From positions 160,001 through 224,000 of the forward strand of contig CAXXSR010000001.1 in the NCBI GenBank assembly GCA_963662615.2: a stretch of 64,000 bases of DNA, given 5' to 3'. The notes under the pieces are model-generated. The model saw only the letters and a list, made by a program, of their open reading frames with translations. It was not told where the DNA came from and made no database searches. The DNA comes from Dehalococcoidia bacterium (GTDB lineage Bacteria > Chloroflexota > Dehalococcoidia > Bin125). The position numbers and the translations under genes were made by a program. Below, piece by piece: positions 59,076 through 64,000 of the stretch (positions are counted from its first letter, which is position 1; each line of letters opens with the position of its first letter).

Positions 59076-60917
59076 CTAGCCCGCCGCCGGCCCCGGCCTC
59101 ACCAGCGCGAGTTCCAGCCGGTATCGCCCCGTTCCCGTCTCGTCAAACGACCGCATCCGGATCGTGAACTCCCCCGTCGACGGCAGCGCCACACCGTCGA
59201 TCAGAGGATTCAGATCGCCGCCACTGTCGTCATCGAACGCCACGATCATCCCTGCCTCGGTCAGCAGCTCCAGGGCGACGTCGAACTCCTCGTCGAGGGC
59301 GATGGCGGCCACCGTGACGATGTCTCCCTCCACACCCGCGAACGTCCAGTCGTCAACATCTCCTGGCTTGTCGATGGCCCCAAAGACCGTCTGATTGGGC
59401 GCGATCGGTCCGCCGTCCAATTCGGACGTCACCCGGATTTGCACGCTCCAGCGGTCGCATGAGCGCTCGTTGCATGACTCCAGCTCTACCGTGAACGCTC
59501 CCGCTTCTTCGAACAGGTACGGGACGGCCGCCGCCATGCCGATCTCCGTCCCATGCAGACGCCAGGTCCGCGTCGTTGGCCCGCCCAGCGAGACGTCTCT
59601 GAACGTCACCTCAACGGGCACCACGAACGACGTCGCATCCACGGCGACGGCTGCTCGTACGAGCGGCTCGGGTTCGATCGTCAGCGACAACGTGTATGCC
59701 CCCGTTCCTCCGCCGGGGAAGGCCTGTGCGTCAATGGCGTAGGTCCCGGTCTCGCTCAGGATCAGGTTGGCGATGCGCGCATTTGTTCCTGCCCCGCCAT
59801 CATCGTCCGTCGCGATCTGTTCACCATCCGGACCGAAGAGGAACAGCAGCGTGTCGAGCGCGTCGTCCGCCGCCACGAGATCGATCATCAGCTCAGCACC
59901 CGCCGGCGCTGCAAACGTGAACCGGTCAACGTCGTCCTCAAAGTCAACGCGATTGTTGAGTGGCTCGCCGGGGGTGATGGCTCCGCCGTCGTTCGCTTCT
60001 ACGGCAACGGCGCCGCGCGCTACGTCACAGTCGTCGCCACGGCACGCCGTCAAGGAGACGGAGTAGACGCCGCCGGCGGCGTACTGATGGACCGGCTCTC
60101 GGCGCTCGGACCGCCCGCCGTCGCCGAAGTCCCACAGGAACCGCGTTGCATTGCGCGTGTCATTGAGAAACGTCACCGTGAGCGGCGCTACGCCGGTGGC
60201 CGGCCGGAATCGGAACGCAGTGCGTACCGCATCCGCCGGCGCGACGTCGAGTGACAGGGCGTAGACGCCCACGGTATCGAGGAAGGCGCCCGCCTCGATG
60301 GTGTAGCGGCCCGACTGGGGCAGGGCGAAATCGCGGATCGTGGCGGTGGACGACTCGTCGGTGTCGTCGTTGAAGGCCGCCAGGACGCCGTCCGGCCCGA
60401 ACAGCCGCAGCACGGGGTCCACAGGGGACCCGGTGTCGGGCTCCATCGTGACGTCCACCAGGCTGCCCGCCACACCCTCAAACGTCCACTCGTCCACGTC
60501 GCCGGGCTGATTGATCGACCCGTATACGTGGCTCCCGCCGAGGATCGTGCCGCCGTCCAAGGCGTCGCGCCCCTCAACGTTGACCAGCCGGATCGCGCTG
60601 GCGCAGGACGCCATCGCGCAGGCCTCCAGCTCCACCACGAACAGACCCGGTCGCACGTACAGATGGGCGGGCTCGCGCTCGCTGCTGGTGGCGCCATCGC
60701 CGAAGTCCCAATGAAACCGTTCGGCGCCGCTCGAGCGGTTGCTGACGCTCACCAGCAATGGCGCCAGGCCGCTGTCGGCGCTCAGCTCGAAGTCCGCCAG
60801 CGGCCCCCCGACCTGCTGCGCCCCCAGCCGCGGCGATGCGGCGGCGGCGGCGATGAGCGTCGCCAGCAGCGCTAAGAGAACCGGCCTCGCACGGCGCGAA
60901 CGGCATGCAGAGTTCAT
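59076..60917 (-). CDS. secreted protein with alternating PKD and pre-peptidase C-terminal (PPC) domains
   Basis: Three PKD-like units (WDFGDG...P.H.Y) alternating with three PPC units (DVD.(W/F)TF...GPDG....DDD); ATGA overlap with amidase gene. Confidence 0.85.
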   Translation of the reverse strand: MNSACRSRRARPVLLALLATLIAAAAASPRLGAQQVGGPLADFELSADSGLAPLLVSVSNRSSGAERFHWDFGDGATSSEREPAHLYVRPGLFVVELEACAMASCASAIRLVNVEGRDALDGGTILGGSHVYGSINQPGDVDEWTFEGVAGSLVDVTMEPDTGSPVDPVLRLFGPDGVLAAFNDDTDESSTATIRDFALPQSGRYTIEAGAFLDTVGVYALSLDVAPADAVRTAFRFRPATGVAPLTVTFLNDTRNATRFLWDFGDGGRSERREPVHQYAAGGVYSVSLTACRGDDCDVARGAVAVEANDGGAITPGEPLNNRVDFEDDVDRFTFAAPAGAELMIDLVAADDALDTLLFLFGPDGEQIATDDDGGAGTNARIANLILSETGTYAIDAQAFPGGGTGAYTLSLTIEPEPLVRAAVAVDATSFVVPVEVTFRDVSLGGPTTRTWRLHGTEIGMAAAVPYLFEEAGAFTVELESCNERSCDRWSVQIRVTSELDGGPIAPNQTVFGAIDKPGDVDDWTFAGVEGDIVTVAAIALDEEFDVALELLTEAGMIVAFDDDSGGDLNPLIDGVALPSTGEFTIRMRSFDETGTGRYRLELALVRPGPAAG

Positions 60918-61843
60918 GGACGCTTGCTTTCCCCGATCCCTTGCACGATGGGCCGAGCCGCGAGGATGGCCGCCACCTCCGCGCGCGCGATTTGGCTGCG
61001 CCGCAACCCACCTTGGCGAATGGTGGGGACGAGCCGCGCTGCCTCCTCGGGATCGGTGATCACCACCGGCTCCAGAATCACGGCCGGAATGCCAATCGCC
61101 CCTCGTGCGACGCCCCAATCTTCGAAGAACAGGCCGAAGTTCACGAAGCTCTGTGACGCCTTACCGGGGCTGAGCAGGCTCCACATGGTTTCATGCACCA
61201 CTTGGGCCACTGCCCGGTCATGGTCGCGCTGGCCGGAGCCGGGGTCGCGGAAGAGCGTTACCAGGCCGTTCCCCGGCCCGTCCAGCGCGTTGTGATGAAT
61301 GGAGAACATCACCTCCGCGCCGGCGTCCACGCACAGTTTGCCCCGTGCCTCCAGCCCCTTCGGATCGTTCGGGCCGGGCGCGTCGGAGAGGAAGGGCGGC
61401 GGTGGCTCGTCGGCGGCGCCCGTCTCCGGCCAGCCCGCGGCCGCTCCGTCCCAAGTCATGATCACGCGCACGCCGGCTGCTTCCAGCCCTCGACGCACGG
61501 CATGCGCGACGTCCAGGTTCAGGTCCACTTCGCGAAGCGGCACGGCGTGCTTGCCGATGCTCGCTTCCGTCACCGCGCCCACGTCTCCGAGCAGCGCGTG
61601 CCCGGGATCCAGGCAGACGCTGTAGCCGTCAGCCGACGCGCCGGCTCCGGCGTGCAGCCACAGCCCGATCGCCACCCATGCCAGCGCCCCAGCGACGACG
61701 GCGCCCGCCGCACTCCAGCGATGCCGTCGCTGATGGCCACGGGTTCGGCTATCCACAGGGGGAGGATACGCGTGGGCCCCGCCGGCACAAGGGCGAAGGC
61801 GCAGCAGGCGGGCGCGGCTCGATGCTGTCGTTCCCCGCCTCAC
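60914..61843 (-). CDS. N-acetylmuramoyl-L-alanine amidase (Amidase_3)
   Basis: VCLDPGH, EVDLNL, SIHHNA, AVILE; N-terminal TM segment; start uncertain. Confidence 0.82.
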   Translation of the reverse strand: MRRGTTASSRARLLRLRPCAGGAHAYPPPVDSRTRGHQRRHRWSAAGAVVAGALAWVAIGLWLHAGAGASADGYSVCLDPGHALLGDVGAVTEASIGKHAVPLREVDLNLDVAHAVRRGLEAAGVRVIMTWDGAAAGWPETGAADEPPPPFLSDAPGPNDPKGLEARGKLCVDAGAEVMFSIHHNALDGPGNGLVTLFRDPGSGQRDHDRAVAQVVHETMWSLLSPGKASQSFVNFGLFFEDWGVARGAIGIPAVILEPVVITDPEEAARLVPTIRQGGLRRSQIARAEVAAILAARPIVQGIGESKRP

Positions 61844-61868
61844 GTCAAAGTCAGCGGCGGCCAGGGAG

Positions 61869-62882
61869 CTATCCGTCCGCGCGCATGTCCGCCAAGACGC
61901 TGCCGCGCCGCTCCCACATCCGCAGCGCCGTTGCCAGGCCGGCGGTCAGCAGTCCCAGGACGCCGAAAATCAAGTAGTTCCGCAACGCGACCCCGGCCGC
62001 ATCCGCGCCTATGTCCAGCAGCGCCGCGTTGAGGGGATCGGCGGCGCCGTCGGCGGCGCTGCGCAGGCCGATGCGCGCTCCCAGCGTCGCCACCGTCATC
62101 AGCGCCCCGGCTGCCGCCAGCGCCAGGCCCACGTTCTGGATCCGCACCAGGTCGCGACTCAGCGCTGCCACCGTCACGATCAACAGCACCGCGAGGCCCA
62201 ACAGCACGGCGCCGCCGATCTGCCAAGCGCCGTGGGCCTCCTCCGTGAGCTGCGCCATGGTGAAGCGGACCGCTCCGCTGCGGAAGAGGCCGCCGCCGGC
62301 CGCACCCGACTCGCGCTCGAAGGTGCCGGTGCCCTCGTCGTAGATCGCGGACGCGGACTCGGCCAGGATCCGCTCGCGCAGCTCTGTTTGCGACATCGTG
62401 GCCAACTCCTGCCCTGGGATCACGATGTCCAGGGGGTAGTGCGGGATCGCGACATCCGCCGCGCCGGTCGCCGCCGCCTCCCCTGCGTCCGCCACGAGCG
62501 ACTCGTAATCGCGATCGAGCAGGGCGTCGACTTCGGTCAGCGGCGCCAGGACGTCCTGCAAGATCCGTTCGGCGTTCTCGCGCTCGGAGATCTGGATAAG
62601 GGACCACACGGCGATGAGGACGGCGAAGACGGCGGCCAGCACCGCCATCGCAGCCCAGCGACCGGCCCGACGCCGGGAGGGCCAATCTTCGTCCCTGGGC
62701 GCCTGCCGGCGGATCCGGCGAACCCGACTCACCACCACCGACTCCGTGAGCCCTACGTCGATGGCCGGCGCGTCGACGAACTCCACCTCTTCCACGTCCG
62801 ATCGCCCGGTCCCGGGCTGCGGCCGGCGGGCAGGGTTGCTCTCTGAGGGGGGCTGCGGTTCGAAGGGTGAGCGTCCACTCAC
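61869..62882 (-). CDS. hypothetical membrane protein
   Basis: 337 aa, four hydrophobic segments; GTGA overlap with RDD gene. Confidence 0.7.
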   Translation of the reverse strand: MSGRSPFEPQPPSESNPARRPQPGTGRSDVEEVEFVDAPAIDVGLTESVVVSRVRRIRRQAPRDEDWPSRRRAGRWAAMAVLAAVFAVLIAVWSLIQISERENAERILQDVLAPLTEVDALLDRDYESLVADAGEAAATGAADVAIPHYPLDIVIPGQELATMSQTELRERILAESASAIYDEGTGTFERESGAAGGGLFRSGAVRFTMAQLTEEAHGAWQIGGAVLLGLAVLLIVTVAALSRDLVRIQNVGLALAAAGALMTVATLGARIGLRSAADGAADPLNAALLDIGADAAGVALRNYLIFGVLGLLTAGLATALRMWERRGSVLADMRADG

Positions 62883-63367
62883 GGCCTCGGCTCCGCGATC
62901 GCCCGGCCTTGCCCCTCCACCACCATCGTCCCTGCCAGCTGATCGTGGAGCGTGCGTCCCAGCGGATCGATCATGCTCGCCAGCAACCCCAATCCGAAGA
63001 GCAACGCCGACGGGTACATCAACGCCGACCGCCCCACGGCCCTCCGCAGCCCCACGGTGCGCCCCCCACCGTCAACGACGCGCAAGCCGAGCAGCCGCGC
63101 CCCTGCCGTCCCCGAGCCGACAGCGCCGATGCTGAAGTAGACCAACGGCGTGGCGAGCCACAGAGCCGCCACCGCGTATCCCCACGCCCACTCTGTCCCG
63201 GAGGGGTCCACGTCCAGCCAGTTCGTCTGTAGGAGCACCGTGAGTCCACCCAGTGCGACGAACAGCGGCAGCACCAGGATGAGCACCAGCCCGTCCACCG
63301 CGAGCGCCACCAGGCGCGCCTCGCGTCGCGCCGGCGCGGCCGGCTGGGTCAGGTGCGGATCCGTCAC
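62879..63367 (-). CDS. RDD family protein
   Basis: RLVALAVD, T.G.RLLGLRVV, LHDQLAGTMVV. Confidence 0.88.
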   Translation of the reverse strand: MTDPHLTQPAAPARREARLVALAVDGLVLILVLPLFVALGGLTVLLQTNWLDVDPSGTEWAWGYAVAALWLATPLVYFSIGAVGSGTAGARLLGLRVVDGGGRTVGLRRAVGRSALMYPSALLFGLGLLASMIDPLGRTLHDQLAGTMVVEGQGRAIAEPRP

Positions 63368-63423
63368 GAGCCCATCATAGGCGCGCGCGACAGGATGGCC
63401 GCGCGACGGCGTACCATCGCCCT

Positions 63424-64000
63424 ATGCGTCGCCGCATGCCTCCGCCACGCTGGCTTCCTCTCACGCTCCTTGCCGCTCTCGCGATCGCATCCATCGTGAC
63501 CGTGTCGGCGGGCGCAGCCGGCGTCGGCGCCGCAAGCTTGGGCGGACACTCGCTGAGCAGCGCCATTGACGACGCCGTCGCGGGCGACCGCTTCAGCCTC
63601 TTCGATTTCGAAGCGCGCAGTGTGTTCAACCGCTGGCTGGGCGAGGTGGGCGCTTTCGTCAGCGGCCGGCGCGATCGCGGCGCCGAGGCGGATCGCACCT
63701 TGGAGCGCTACTTCACCCTGGGCGAGCAGATCGTCGCCCGTGCGACCGCGGCCGGCGAGCCGCTGACGGACGCCCAGATCGAATCCTTGCGCGCGGAACG
63801 ACGCGAACTGGAGAATCGCATCGAGCGCATTCTGGAGTCGCGCATCGCCGACGCCTACCGCGAACTGGGCTTCAGCCGGCCCTTGCCACTCTTTGGCGCA
63901 CAGGAGATCCTCTGGCCGCCCGTGGACGCTGAGCTGGAGCGGCCGCCGCGGGTCCTCACCGTCTCCCCGCGAGAGGAGATCCGCCTCCTTCGCCTGGTCC
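63424..64000 (+). CDS. hypothetical exported protein (partial, runs off window)
   Basis: Open frame MRRRMPPPRWLPLTLLAALAIA...WPPVDAELERPPRVLTVSPREEI with N-terminal hydrophobic segment. Confidence 0.65.
   Translation, partial: MRRRMPPPRWLPLTLLAALAIASIVTVSAGAAGVGAASLGGHSLSSAIDDAVAGDRFSLFDFEARSVFNRWLGEVGAFVSGRRDRGAEADRTLERYFTLGEQIVARATAAGEPLTDAQIESLRAERRELENRIERILESRIADAYRELGFSRPLPLFGAQEILWPPVDAELERPPRVLTVSPREEIRLLRLV

Overview
High-GC (roughly 68-70% by eye) bacterial window whose gene content is most consistent with a free-living Dehalococcoidia/SAR202-like Chloroflexota genome (inference). A core-like block at the right end (59.1-64 kb) is followed on the minus strand by an intact tRNA-Gly(CCC) at 58950-59024. 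Everything to its left is a mosaic accessory region of catabolic genes. Main contents: (i) a split, B12-dependent methyl-transfer operon (1.5-8.7 kb) with a metF remnant; (ii) dehydrogenases, amidohydrolases and an AOR; (iii) a complete N-methylglutamate methylamine pathway (sox-like mgd genes, glnT/gmaS, glxBCD/mgsABC) running directly into a divergent urease operon with altered substrate-pocket residues; (iv) two diverged ~135-bp tRNA-Gly-derived elements (12511-12646 +, 29071-29204 -) that share non-tRNA flanks; (v) an apparently exact 1218-bp duplication of a livM-like gene, plus several gene remnants and single-base frameshifts. No CRISPR array, rRNA or intact integrase/transposase was seen. 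All calls come from motif recognition by eye; no searches were run.
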